Positions 12,006 to 24,404 of a stretch of 64,000 nt of DNA are shown here, piece after piece; positions within the stretch are counted from its first letter, which is position 1, and each line of letters starts with the position of its first letter. The notes beneath the pieces are model-generated. The model was given only the letters and a program-made list of their open reading frames with translations, did not search any database and was not told the DNA's origin. This DNA is from Aplysia californica (Eukaryota). The position numbers and the translations under genes were made by a program. The stretch covers positions 294,866-358,865 of the forward strand of contig NW_004798032.1 of assembly GCF_000002075.1 (NCBI RefSeq). Direction: 5' to 3'.

Positions 12006-12533
12006 TGTTTGTTTGTTTTTATAAAGTGTTTTACGGCGCTCGCAACTGCTTAAGGTCATATGAGCGCGCGGGACACACCTAATATTTTCAGTTGGTAGGA
12101 AATTTTGAATTTTGCCCGTGTGGCGTCCGAAGCCTACTCTTATCGATTTTAGACCACCAAGGGGTCTTTAACGTGCACAACTTGCACACGGGCCCTCCGA
12201 GATTTTTCGCCCTTGTCCGAGAAGGCTAGGTGTAGATCTTTCCTACCAAAAGATCAGGGGTGTGGCTGAAAGACAGCAGTAAGAAGAAGCGAAGGAGTAG
12301 CAGTAGAAAGGCTGCAGAAAGAATCAGGAGCCCAGAGGAAGGGGCAAAGGAGGTGAGGGGCTGGGAGCAGAAAGAGGAGACGAAAGGAGACGACAGAACA
12401 TTGCTAGAGAGCAGGAAATGAGGTGAAAGGAGACAAATTTAGAGAAGAAAATGTTTCGGTCGCTACCCGGATTCGAACCCGGGACCTGTGAATGAGAGGC
12501 CAACACCTTAACCTCTAGGCCACGAGAGCCCCC
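12006..12533 (-). mobile_element. tRNA-derived SINE family A, full length
   Basis: Near-identical to 10858-11385. TSD AGAAGCAGCTTT / AGAAACAGCTTT. Confidence 0.9.
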
Positions 12534-12825
12534 AGAAACAGCTTTACCATTCCAAATTGATGTGTGGTTGTAATCTATAGTAGGAGTACCAGGTCTTTTT
12601 TACACATAGCTCGTTCACTTTTCGTCTGTCTGTGTGAAAAACAATTCTAGCTCATTTTATAATTCGCCAATGCCCCCATAGTTTTGCATGGCACTCCTGA
12701 AAGCAATAGATCTAGAGCGACCAAACAAATTTTCATATGGGAAAAAAAAAATCTGGTGATAAAACAGTTTCTTTATTTGGGCCTTATATTAAATACCGCT
12801 ATTTAGGCGCCTACACAGGATAACT

Positions 12826-13005
12826 TTAGTTTTAGTAGAAGTTTTACGGCCCTCGCAACTGCTTAATGTCATATGAGCGCCAGAATATTAGAGGTGTTAC
12901 AAGAGAGTTACAAACGTAAAAAAGAAGAAGGGGAGATAAGGACGATAGATGTTTGACAGGAAAGAAGAAGCAAACCACACCAGAGCACCCGCCAACCACC
13001 CACTC
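12826..13005 (-). mobile_element. Short retroelement family C
   Basis: TSD ACACAGGATAACT (12813-12825) / ACACAGGATCACT (13006-13018). Same hairpin tail as families A and B. Empty site in the paralog at ~33728. Confidence 0.75.
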
Positions 13006-14045
13006 ACACAGGATCACTACGTAATAATAAATGAAATACAGTATCCTACCCTATAAGTTGACCATTTTGAGACGGCGACACCACCCTGCCCCTATCTTTC
13101 AGTGCAAGCTTGTAGCTTTCCTCCTTAAGACTATCTAGACATCTTCACTTGAGTCTCGAAATAAGTAGCATTTGTGATGTGCAGTTCCATTTTCTCAAAA
13201 ATGCTCATTGCGCATTGCATCAAAAAAGACATCACATCTTCAAAATTTATCGACATGTGTGTACNNNNNNNNNNNNNNNNNNNNNNNNNNNNNNNNNNNN
13301 NNNNNNNNNNNNNNNNNNNNNNNNNNNNNNNNNNNNNNNNNNNNNNNNNNNNNNNNNNNNNNNNNNNNNNNNNNNNNNNNNNNNNNNNNNNNNNNNNNNN
13401 NNNNNNNNNNNNNNNATCTCTATGAGAAAAACAGTCTCGCAGTGAACTTGGGAATGCATTCACTAAAAAAGACACAATGCAATAAAAATTATCAAACGGC
13501 CAAAGTAGAATTGAAACTTAAACAGCTAGAAACATTCATTAAAACGTCAGTTCTCTATAAATAGAGAAANNNNNNNNNNNNNNNNNNNNNNNNNNNNNNN
13601 NNNNNNNNNNNNNNNNNNNNNNNNNNNNNNNNNNNNNNNNNNNNNNNNNNNNNNNNNNNNNNNNNNNNNNNNNNNNNNNNNNNNNNNNNNNNNNNNNNNN
13701 NNNNNNNNNNNNNNNNNNNNNNNNNNNNNNNNNNNNNNNNNNNNNNNNNNNNNNNNNNNNNNNNNNNNNNNNNNNNNNNNNNNNNNNNNNNNNNNNNNNN
13801 NNNNNNNNNNNNNNNNNNCTATTTCTCTCATTCTCACACGCCATTTCTTCCGTCTCACAGTCTGGCGTACACATGCATATATAAAAGTTCATTATTATGA
13901 CAGGTACGCATTTGTAATTAAGAAATGCTTAAGCTGTTTTTTGAAAATGTACTAACTGTGAACTCAACTCAACGCTTCACACTCTACGAAGACCATTTTG
14001 CGTTGCGAGGGACGCGCAGCATGGTGGCGCTGGGTCTTGTCCTGA

Positions 14046-14185
14046 GTCTGGTCTTGCCCAGAGACTGTCTGGTCTTACCCAGAGACTGTCTGGTCTTGCC
14101 CAGAGACTGTCTGGTCTTGCCCAGAGACTGTCTGGTCTTGCCCAGAGACTGTCTGGTCTTGCCCAGAGACTATCTGGTCTTGCCC
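14046..14185. repeat. 21-bp minisatellite x6.6 (GTCTGGTCTTGCCCAGAGACT)
   Basis: Direct reading. Confidence 0.95.
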
Positions 14186-15094
14186 TCACCGGCACGAACA
14201 CCCAGCGTCCAAGAGTGGACGCACGCAGTCACATCTCTTTTACATGGGTGACGTCACTGCCACGAGCTCTAGTACTAAAAATAATATACTATTGTACAAA
14301 GATTTTGATCTTTAGTGCTGTTTCAACAGAACATTCTATAATTTATTGGCTCCAGCTTTGCTGATTTAGGTGCTGTACGTGTCAACTAAAAATAAAAAGT
14401 CAACTTTATACCCAACTGATAACTTCCCAAAAAGTCTAATTTTAAAAAATGATTAATTAAAAGAAAGTAATTGAGTCCCTTACCTTTCTACACCATAACT
14501 CTGGAGGAGATAAGCAACATTAGTGTTGGATGAGAAAGCATCATACATTTAATCTTACATACTACACGTCCTAACTAAAATTATCTCATCTAAACTTAGT
14601 CAACTTCGAGCTCAATATTAAAAATGAAACTTAACATTGCTAGTTCTAGACAGGCAGTCTAAACAAAACGGGCTGCATTGAAATGATATGACTAATAATA
14701 ATTATGCCAAGCGTAAACAAACTCGGAACGACGGCTAGCGGACTGACCCGAGCCGAAAACATACGAGCCCCCATATGTGAAACTTGTAGGTGTAGATGGT
14801 TTTATGCTATTAAAAATTGCATTGTAAAATTTCACACCTCTGTGGACACAATTTAAATCTTTTATGAGACGGGCTGCTTCGATCTTATCTATCAGGGCCA
14901 ACCCGGAGTGTGAGTGTTACAATGTCCCTGTAGACAGACGTGGGATTAAACTTTTTTTAAAACCCAAAAAAACCTCGCGCTGTAATCGAACTCACGTCTT
15001 CTACACACGACAATGAAAGGCCTTACCGCTACACCGCAGACTCCGGTGATAAAAGATACGTACGTAAAGAACAAGAAGTAACAAAACGGGAAGT

Positions 15095-15375
15095 CGTGGG
15101 TGGTTGGTGGGCGCTCTGGTGTGTTTTGCTAATTTTTTCCTATCAAACATCTATCGCTCTTATCTCTCCTCCTTTCTTGTGTTTGTTCTCTTAGACAGAC
15201 ATCCCCTCTCTTTGGATTGTTCGTACCACCTCGAAATTGCTCTTTCTGAAAGTGTTCTGGACCTAGATCGATCTTGAATCAACTCTTACTCCTGCATGAA
15301 AGGCATGAAGCTTCTCTGTGTCACTCTCGTAACACTTCTAATTTTCGGCACTTATATGAACTACCTAAAATAAAA
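15095..15375 (+). mobile_element. Family C-related retroelement (longer variant, pre-dates the duplication)
   Basis: Starts GGGTGGTTGGTGGGCGCTCTGGTGTG like the other C copies. Paralog at ~34478-34730. Confidence 0.55.
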
Positions 15376-15991
15376 ATTATATGAAGTCATCACCTTGCAA
15401 TGTAATCTAGACTGGCGCAGCAAGGAATTCAGACATTTTCCTTCAAGCAGGAGTCTGACAGTGTCGGCCCTGGAAGAAGCTGAGAATAGAAAGGATGAAA
15501 CAACTCACAAAAATTTTAATGTGCACGGCAAGCTGTGCTGTAACAGGACCCCCCCCCNNNNNNNNNNNNNNNNNNNNNNNNNNNNNNNNNNNNNNNNNNN
15601 NNNNNNNNNNNNNNNNNNNNNNNNNNNNNNNNNNNNNNNNNNNNNNNNNNNNNNNNNNNNNNNNNNNNNNNNNNNNNNNNNNNNNNNNNNNNNNNNNNNN
15701 NNNNNNNNNNNNNNNNNNNNNNNNNNNNNNNNNNNNNNNNNNNNNNNNNNNNNNNNNNNNNNNNNNNNNNNNNNNNNNNNNNNNNNNNNNNNNNNNNNNN
15801 NNNNNNNNNNNNNNNNNNNNNNNNNNNNNNNNNNNNNNNNNNNNNNNNNNNNNNNNNNNNNNNNNNNNNNNNNNNNNNNNNNNNNNNNNNNNNNNNNNNN
15901 NNNNNNNNNNNNNNNNNNNNNNNNNNNNNNNNNNNNNNNNAAAAAAACAACACAGAAAAGCAGAAAAGATAGACAGGCACCAACATTTCTG

Positions 15992-15992
<1 letters not shown>

Positions 15993-16071
<79 letters not shown>
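15993..16071. repeat. (AGAC)n microsatellite
   Basis: Direct reading. Confidence 0.95.
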
Positions 16072-16244
16072 TGCTCACAAATAGAGGATACAGAAAGAAG
16101 AACGAAGTACTTGTGTGCGCTGCAGACAAGCAGACAAGGTAGAGTATGACAGCCACAAGTACCGATACAATTCTGAGAAGCGAGGCCGCAGGGAGCATCT
16201 CTTCTGTGCTCCTCTCTCTCTCTCTCTTACTCTAGACGGCCACT

Positions 16245-16445
16245 CCTGGCTTCTTCTTACTGCTGTCTTTCAGCCACACCCCTGATCTTAGGATAGGTAC
16301 GTTTGGACATCTGGCCGTCTCGAATAAAGGTGAAAAGTTTCGGAGGTTTCGTATACAAGTTGGGCACGATAATTAAAGATTCTTTCGTGCTCCTTAAATC
16401 GATGAGTAGGCCTCGGCTGCCATCCAGGCAAAATCCAAAATTAAT
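16245..16445 (+). mobile_element. Degenerate internal fragment of SINE family A
   Basis: TGGCTTCTTCTTACTGCTGTCTTTCAGCCACACCCCTGATCTT is the reverse complement of the family A body. Confidence 0.7.
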
Positions 16446-16926
16446 TGAGTCGTTATAAAATAAAATATAGTATCTTCGAAATTAGACTGTGGCGGCCCGA
16501 AGGCAAGGGGCCCTATGAAGTGGGGAAAACGGTCACGTTCGTTATAACCTGTTGCACTGCAGATTGAAAGTACCAACGGTCGACTTCCCCAGTGATCTAT
16601 CAAGAGAAACCCAAAGAGGAAAAAAGACAGAGTAACTTCAGTTAGTAGTCCTCATCACGGTGGAAAAAGTGAACACCTTATTAACTTCCACAAGCAGGTA
16701 AGTTCTCAGGCAGGAGACACGAGTGGATGCTGATGTGGAAAGTAAAAAAGGGCAAGGCTAGATGAAATTTTCACCAACTTAGACACCCCCGGGTTGTCCT
16801 CTTCACTTTCCACAAGGCGTGACGCCAATATGAAGTCTGTTTTTCTGTAAGGAGCAGAGTTTGGGATATAATCAACATAACACATATAAAGAGGTATGAG
16901 ACGATTGTCAGCGGGCGCCAAAAAAT

Positions 16927-17295
16927 GTGAGGCGTGCTGATAAAATGAGTAACTTCTCACAATCCACAAATGGAGATATTGACCAAAAATCGACACTTGG
17001 GTCAAATTTCTAGGTTTGTTATTGATGCAATATTCATAAAGTAGTAAATGCCTTTTGCTATTTCATACTTACAAATTATAAAAACTGTACCTTTAAGCAT
17101 GATGTATCTATTTCCATAGAGCCTTAATCCGAGAAGTAACTCATTTAGTCAGCACACTCCACAAATGCCCTTTGGATTCGCTGACCAGACGTCATCAGTA
17201 ATCAGTTACCATGAAATACGTGTATCGATGAAAACATAACGAAAGCCTGTATAGAAAAAAAATTGTGAGAAGCGATGGAGAAAAATTGGCCTCAC
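16927..17295. mobile_element. Diverged MITE with GTGAGGC...GCCTCAC termini
   Basis: Imperfect TIRs GTGAGGC..CTTCTCACAAT / ATTGTGAGAAG..GCCTCAC. TSD not recognisable. Confidence 0.5.
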
Positions 17296-17404
17296 ACTAC
17301 CCAAACCCACAACCAGTACAAGACATGAAGACCAAAGCTCGCCTTGCGCCACGATAAATGTACAGGCAAGGATTAACGGACAAGAGTGAAGATATCGGGT
17401 ACGT

Positions 17405-17885
17405 TTTGTTTTGGTAAGTATTTTACGGCGATCACAACCGCATTATGTCATATGAGCACACAGTTAAATATGTTCAGTTTGGAAAGAATTACTTTTGAAT
17501 TTTTCTCAAGTGGCGACCGAAGTCTACTCTCGATCTTATCGATTTTGGACCTCCAAGGGCTTTTTAAAGTGCGCAACTTGCACACAGGATCTACGAGATT
17601 TTCAGCTCTTATGTCCGAATAGGCCTACCCTAAGATCAGGGGTGTTGCTGAAAGATATCAGTAAGAATGAGTCAAAGAGTAGCAGTAGAAAGGCTGCAGA
17701 AAGCCAGGAGCCCAGAGGAGGGGGGAGGGGGGAGGGGTGGGGACAGAAAGTGGAGACGAAAGCAGACCACAGAATGTGGTCAGAGAGTAGGACAGGAGGT
17801 GAAAGGAGAAAAATTTAGAGAAGGAATTTTTCTGTCGCCGTCAGGTTTCAAATCTTGGACCTATTGAATGAGAGATGAACATCGT
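17405..17885 (-). mobile_element. Old, degenerate SINE family A copy
   Basis: Colinear with 12006-12533 but more diverged. Its head region is shared with the paralog at ~34960-35120. Confidence 0.75.
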
Positions 17886-18304
17886 ATCTTCTGGGGAGAC
17901 TGACCCAGGATCGTGATGGTTGCGAGATAATTTGCCATCGGCTAAATGCGGCAGTTAGTTCAAATAGTTAAGCGCAAAGATCACGCTTCAGAACTTAGAT
18001 GTGNNNNNNNNNNNNNNNNNNNNNNNNNNNNNNNNNNNNNNNNNNNNNNNNNNNNNNNNNNNNNNNNNNNNNNNNNNNNNNNNNNNNNNNNNNNNNNNNN
18101 NNNNNNNNNNNNNNNNNNNNNNNNNNNNNNNNNNNNNNNNNNNNNNNNNNNNNNNNNNNNNNNNNNNNNNNNNNNNNNNNNNNNNNNNNNNNNNNNNNNN
18201 NNNNNNNNNNNNNNNNNNNNNNNNNNNNNNNNNNNNNNNNNNNNNNNNNNNNNNNNNNNNNNNNNNNNNNNNNNNNNNNNNNNNNNNNNNNNNNNNNNNN
18301 NNNN

Positions 18305-19445
18305 AGCATATGCCATCAACAACATTTCTCCAGCGAAGCCTGCCCTGTGCTTCCTTTTCTAGCTGTTTCTATGATGTTCCCGACTTTTCCATTTCCGCAT
18401 ATTGTGCCGCTCGCCTCCATGTCATCTTTGGTCTTCCCTTCTTATGTTTTCCTTGTGGACTCCACGTCAAAGCCTGTGTGATGAGGCTTGACGGGGGTCT
18501 CCTCAGGATGTGCCCAATCCATTTCCATTTCTTCACCTGTATGTCTTCCTTTACTGGCCTTTGGCTTGTTCTGTCCCACAGTTGAGCAATTGTGACTCGA
18601 TCGTATCACTTGATCCCCACTATCTTTCTTAGACATCAATTTATGAAGCTCTGCAGTTTCCTTGCTGCTGAAGCTGTGAGCCTTCAAGTCTCTGAACCAT
18701 ACAGTAGAACAGTCTTAAAGTTTGTTTTGAAGATCTTCAGCTTGGTGTTCAATCCCAGTTCCTTAGGCTTCCATATATTCCTGAGGATGACGAATGCTGC
18801 TCTTGCCTTTTGGATTCTGACCTTGATGTCTTCGTCTGTTCCCCCTGCCTTGTTGATGACACTTCCAAGGTAGGTGAAGGATTCAACATCCGCCAATGGT
18901 GCCCCTTGTAGTGTGTTAGGAACACCTCCAATTAAAACACTGCAGCTCATTCCCTCATACAACTTCTTGATCAATCTCTCGGACTTGTCAGGTATTCCGT
19001 AGTGGCGCATGAGCTTCCATATTGAGTCCCTATAGAAGGCTGTCAAAAGATTTCTCGTTGTCAACTAAGTTAACGTACAGGGAAGAGTTCCACTCTGTGG
19101 ACTGCTCCACTATTATCCTCAAAGTTGCAATCTGATCTGTACATGATCTCTTTTTACGAAATCCTGCCTGCTCCTCTCTTAGTTTTGCATCCACGGCTTC
19201 CTTCAGTCTTTCCTGTGTGGTACGACTTAAAATCTTCCCAGGAATGGACTGGAGCATGATTCCTCTGTGGCTTTTACAGTCTTGAAGGTCTCCTTTCTTG
19301 GGAAGTTTCACAAGCAACCCTTCTCTCCAATCCTGTGGAAAGTCTTCGCTGTCCCATATCTTGCCAATAATTCCATGAAGAAGGTAGGCCAGTATTTCTG
19401 CGTAACTCACCGTTGTTATAATTCAGTGGTCATTTCTGCAGCCCT
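18305..19445 (-). mobile_element. RTE-clade LINE reverse transcriptase relic (frameshifted, internally deleted)
   Basis: PQDWREGLLVKLPKKGDLQDCKSHRGIML, QAGFRKKRSCTDQIATLRIIVEQ, DNEKSFDS, FTYLGSVI, LLYGSET. The QG/YADD segment is missing near 18930. Confidence 0.92.
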
Positions 19446-20796
19446 GGTTGCGACATACTGGAAACTTGTTAAACTCCTTATACATGTGTTTGTTCCTCCG
19501 AGTTCGGGGAGATATTTCTATACCGGTAGTCATTAATTTTCCGTCCGTCGTTGTGTGTGTCACGCTCGGAGACAAAGCAAGATTATGGAAAACAGAAACA
19601 AGGGAAATTTTTCGAAAATATAAATCTATTGACCTAAAGCTTCATCGCTGGATGGGTGCAAAAAAATCTGTTAACCAACCACTGAGTGAGAGCGCGTTGC
19701 TACTGAATCTTATTTGCCTTCATAGTTTTTAGAGTCGTTCGCATGCCTCAGTGTCAGCACCGGAAATCGAAACTGTGCATAAATACTGCAGCATGTATGC
19801 CATCTGGTAATCAGTATGAATTATCAGAAAAATACCAGGCCCAGGAGTCTGCTTAGTAGTGCTTGATATTGACAAATATCGACAATTCATGGGCTGGAGT
19901 TTCCCAATTACCATGGCAGGATAATTAAATTCATTGTAGGAAAAACATTTCCCGGTCAGTGAATGAGGAAAAAGGGGGAGGGAGTTGAGGGACACAGACA
20001 AAGAACGGATGTCCTGAAGCTTCATATTTCAATACTAAAACTTTTTTAATAACTGAAGGCAGTCACTAATGAACCATCAGAATGTCAGGCACATCATCTT
20101 CATCATGTCACATTGCCCGTTAAATCAACAAACTGCCTGTCAGCTTTTACTTATTAGTGACAAAAAGATTATGTTGATCCACTTTTGTTTTTTCAAACCC
20201 TATTACCTACACATCCTGTATGAACTTAAAGATTTTTGAGTCACAGTTTTGAACTCGTTTGAGACAAGATCAATATCCATGTAAATGTTTGGGGAGTGAT
20301 TGTCTTGGTCTCATTAGTGTGTTTTTAAAAGCGCTTTCGACGTTACTTCCTAATTGAGCTCAGCTTTCTGTTAAGACGCCAGTGATCTCATGATCATTAT
20401 CTTAATTATTTTTTGTTGTTGACAGTTCCAAGGTGCCTGGAACCAGATTGCGTCACTCTAACAATACGTGATTTTGCGACACACATTGAAATAAAAGTGA
20501 TGATCGGAAAACGACGAGGTTCACTTATTTTGAGCATAGAGAATTGCCTTTCCTGAACACGATTAAGAACCCTCAGACTCCAAAGTTATAGCAGAGAAAA
20601 GCGAGAAAAAACAGTCAGACCTGCCTCCACCAAGTTGCTACAACTTTTGTGACAGCCCTACAAGAGGTGAAGACTTAAGTCTTTGTCTGGGGGACACGTC
20701 TAAAGATATTCTAGTAGTCTTTTCGAACGTTTGACAGAGGCGATCTGTTAAAAAAAAAAGCCCCCAAAAAAACATAGAAACTATATTGTTAGGACA

Positions 20797-21858
20797 ATGT
20801 TGAACAACTCCCTATTCACAACAGAATCGTTTCTCCCAGTGTCGGGAACACACAGGCAAATTTTGAAATACCCCGAGGCTGAGGAGCTTGTAACCTTAGA
20901 GTTAAGGCATACGTTGGAACAAAACTTACATATTTTCATTCTATTCATCAACATCTTCGGCGTGGTTACCAACAGCATCAACCTTCGAGTGTTTGTCAGG
21001 CAGGGGATTGCCTCAGATACCACCACCATCGGCCTCTCTGCTCTGGCCCTATCCGACCTCATGGGCTGTATCTTCATGATACCTGCCTCCTTGTGCTATG
21101 TGGTTAAGTTTGTGAACTACACAGACTACAGGAACTGTGTGTCGCTCACGTCTATGACTTGTCACTATCCGCACGTGATGTTCTCTAGAATCACATGCTG
21201 GCTTACTGTATACATCTCGCTAGAGCGCACATTGTGCGTTCTCATGCCCCTTAAAGTCAAGTTTCTTCTGAGACCAAGAGTGGCGCGGAATGCTGTTTTA
21301 GCCATCTTCGTATTCTTTTTTATCTTTCACGTTCCTTTTGCAGCCAATTCCCGAATAATTTGGGTCTTCAACCCAGCCTTTAACAGAAGCATGACATTAA
21401 ACGTTGTTACTGAAATCGGCTTGGTGTTTCTATATCTCAACAGCTTGATAGGTACAACAATATTGTCAACCGTTGCGATGGTGATTGTTGCTATAACGAC
21501 CTCCGTGATGCTGTACAAACTGAAAACCATCCAGAAGTGGAGAAAGTCGATCTCCTCCGCGTCCAAATCTGACTCCAAAACTTCAAAAAAGGATCTGGAA
21601 GTATTCAAAACGGTTACCATGGTGACGGCCATCTACTTGCTGTGTTTGATTGGTGGTCACACCCCTGGCTTTGCCATGCTCTTTTTTCCCGGCGTCTCGA
21701 TAACTGGCGTCAACAGCAATCTATTTCTTGTGATGTACACCTTCAAGTATGTCTTTGATGCCGTTAATTCCTCTGTGAATTTTCTCTTTTATATCCACAT
21801 CAGCAGCAAGTTCAATGCTACGTTCAATTCTCTGTACAGTCGAAAATATCGTGACTAG
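20797..21858 (+). CDS. Rhodopsin-class 7TM GPCR, chemosensory-receptor-like paralog (353 aa, single coding exon)
   Basis: Same motifs as 4379-5437 (GVVTNSINLRVF, LALSDL, ISLERTLCV, NSSVNFLFY). Intact ORF, NNS sequon. Confidence 0.92.
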   Translation: MLNNSLFTTESFLPVSGTHRQILKYPEAEELVTLELRHTLEQNLHIFILFINIFGVVTNSINLRVFVRQGIASDTTTIGLSALALSDLMGCIFMIPASLCYVVKFVNYTDYRNCVSLTSMTCHYPHVMFSRITCWLTVYISLERTLCVLMPLKVKFLLRPRVARNAVLAIFVFFFIFHVPFAANSRIIWVFNPAFNRSMTLNVVTEIGLVFLYLNSLIGTTILSTVAMVIVAITTSVMLYKLKTIQKWRKSISSASKSDSKTSKKDLEVFKTVTMVTAIYLLCLIGGHTPGFAMLFFPGVSITGVNSNLFLVMYTFKYVFDAVNSSVNFLFYIHISSKFNATFNSLYSRKYRD

Positions 21859-22657
21859 GTGGCATAGCCTTGAGTCAGTTCATGGAGGGTAAACGGTGTG
21901 CTGAAAGTTACGCGGAACTAATTATTCTTACAGTTTTCTTTCGACATAGCCTGGTTGCACTCGTAGCTCTCTCTCTNNNNNNNNNNNNNNNNNNNNNNNN
22001 NNNNNNNNNNNNNNNNNNNNNNNNNNNNNNNNNNNNNNNNNNNNNNNNNNNNNNNNNNNNNNNNNNNNNNNNNNNNNNNNNNNNNNNNNNNNNNNNNNNN
22101 NNNNNNNNNNNNNNNNNNNNNNNNNNNNNNNNNNNNNNNNNNNNNNNNNNNNNNNNNNNNNNNNNNNNNNNNNNNNNNNNNNNNNNNNNNNNNNNNNNNN
22201 NNNNNNNNNNNNNNNNNNNNNNNNNNNNNNNNNNNNNNNNNNNNNNNNNNNNNNNNNNNNNNNNNNNNNNNNNNNNNNNNNNNNNNNNNNNNNNNNNNNN
22301 NNNNNNNNNNNNNNNNNNNNNNNNNNNNNNNNNNNNNNNNNNNNNNNNNNNNNNNNNNNNNNNNNNNNNNNNNNNNNNNNNNNNNNNNNNNNNNNNNNNN
22401 NNNNNNNNNNNNNNNNNNNNNNNNNNNNNNNNNNNNNNNNNNNNNNNNNNNNNNNNNNNNNNNNNNNNNNNNNNNNNNNNNNNNNNNNNNNNNNNNNNNN
22501 NNNNNNNNNNNNNNNNNNNNNNNNNNNNNNNNNNNNNNNNNNNNNNNNNNNNNNNNNNNNNNNNNNNNNNNNNNNNNNNNNNNNNNNNNNNNNNNNNNNN
22601 NNNNNNNNNNNNNNNNNNNNNNNNNNNNNNNNNNNNNNNNNNNNNNNNNNNNNNNNA

Positions 22658-22690
<33 letters not shown>

Positions 22691-22983
22691 GTATACTCTC
22701 TCTCTCTCTCTCTCTCTCTCTCCGGCCTCGCTCAGCCCCAGGCTCGCTCATGCTGGATTGATTTTCTCTGAATCTGCTAGTGCTGCTAGTATCTCCTTCT
22801 CCTTCGGCGCAGTTGAACATCGTGTCAATATCATTCAATTTTGCATTTTGCATTGTGTCATTTTTATTAGGCAGTCCTCTTAACACTTATCGTTTTTTCG
22901 CAAAATTGTGGTTTTTTCTTTATTTTTATTTAGCTTTTGCTTTTGCGTTTGCTTTTGTTTCTTTGTTGTTTTCGTTATTATTT

Positions 22984-23345
22984 GTGGCGTCGGTGGCTTA
23001 GTGGTTAAGCTCTCGGACTCGCAACCATTAGGTCGTGGGTTCGAATCCCGTCAGGGGGCCCGACGTTGTGTCCTTGGGAAAGGCACTTTGCACAAATTTT
23101 CCTCACTTCACCCAGGTGGAAATGGGTACCCGGCTATAGACAATGAACGATCTTGTCAGTTTGATAGTGTTTGAGCGCGTGAAATCCGCAGCTTGCACTG
23201 TATGCTTCCGCGGAAGCCGAGTGTGTTTCTGAGTGTTCTCAGAGGGTCTGCTGGGGTAATAATAGTTGTAAAGCGCATAGAGCATGCTCTTGAGCATGGA
23301 CATGCGCTAAATAAATGCAATTATTATTAATTATTAATTATTATT
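22984..23345 (+). mobile_element. tRNA-derived CORE-like SINE family D with L2-type tail
   Basis: A box TGGCTTAGTGG, B box GGTTCGAATCC, CORE-like GTGTCCTTGGGAAAGGCACTT...CACCCAGGTG..AAATGGGTACC, tail GTAAAGCGC...GCGCTAAATAAATGCAA(TTA)n. Confidence 0.8.
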
Positions 23346-23887
23346 TATTGTTTTTTGTTTTTATAGGGGGTTTTATTTGTCACTTCATCAATGATAGTGT
23401 CGTCTTTTTTCATTGTTAGTGATGATTTAGAGTTTATGAAAACGCCCTATCACAAATTTAATGAACTTATCCTCTTCTCATGTTCTACTGTGACTGCGAG
23501 GTTTCACGACTTATTGGTATTAAAAAGGTATCTCTGTATAAGTAAAGAGCTTTTCAGTTTGACCATTGAATCTTTGAAAATTGTGTGATGTTTCTGTCCC
23601 ACGATACGGTCTTCACTCTTTTTTTTTATCAAAGTTTTTATTGACTGTGTGATCCCGGAAAACGTGTACGGTTTTGACATTAATTCGGTTGTATGTACCA
23701 TTATTCCCAGGTAAATGTACACAAAATGTTGATACTTATGTCAGTGCTATTTTAGCTGTTGCTGTTGGTCATAGGTTTGGGCATCTCTGTACTTACATCT
23801 ATGTTGTAGAACGTTGAGGTTCGTCACAGCTTCCCGCAAGACGGGCTATTTCTTCTGTCCTTGCTAGGGGGTCTGTGCTGTCAGGGA

Positions 23888-24404
23888 TTTTTTTTTTGGT
23901 AAAGTGTTTTACGGCGCTCGCAACTGCATAAGGTCATATGAGCGCGCGGGACACACCTAATATTTTCAGTTGGTATGAAATTTTGAATTTTGCCCGGGTG
24001 GCCTCCGAAGCCTACTCTTATCGATTTTAGACCACCAAGGGATCTTTAACGTGCGCAACTTGCACACGGGCCCTCCGAGATTTTTCGCCCTTGTCCGAAA
24101 AGGCTAGGTGTAGATCTTTCCAACCAGAAGATCAGGGGTGTGGCAGAAAGACAGCAGTAAGGAGGAGCCAAGGAGTAGCAGTAGAAAGGCTGCAGAAAGA
24201 GTCAGGAGCCCAGAGGAGGGGGGGCAAAGGAGGTGAGGGGGTGGGGGCAGAAAGTGGAAATGGAAGCAGACAACAGAACATTGTTAGAAAGCAGGAAAGG
24301 AGGTGAAAGGAGACAATTTTAGAGTAGAAAATTTTTTGGTCGCTACCCGGATTCGAACCCGGGACCTTTCAATGAGAGGCCAACACCTTAACCTCTAGGC
24401 CACG
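23888..24404 (-). mobile_element. tRNA-derived SINE family A (head runs into a gap)
   Basis: Near-identical to 12006-12533. Confidence 0.9.

Larger units (their letters stand above)
6015..17970 (+). repeat. Segmental duplication, non-coding block copy 1 (paralog of ~26700-35200)
   Basis: Colinear matches: 6015-6190/26700-26890, 7510-7620/29550-29665, 8030-8450/29670-29970, 8590-8930/32160-32500, 9830-10145/32590-33115, 12540-13160/33440-33895, 13945-14045/33895-33995, 14865-15545/34000-34950, 17740-17970/34980-35200. Confidence 0.88.

Noticed and set aside
13925-14251. 108-aa ORF with LVLPRDC repeats
   Set aside because: Translation of a 21-bp minisatellite that is absent from the paralog, with no other coding support.
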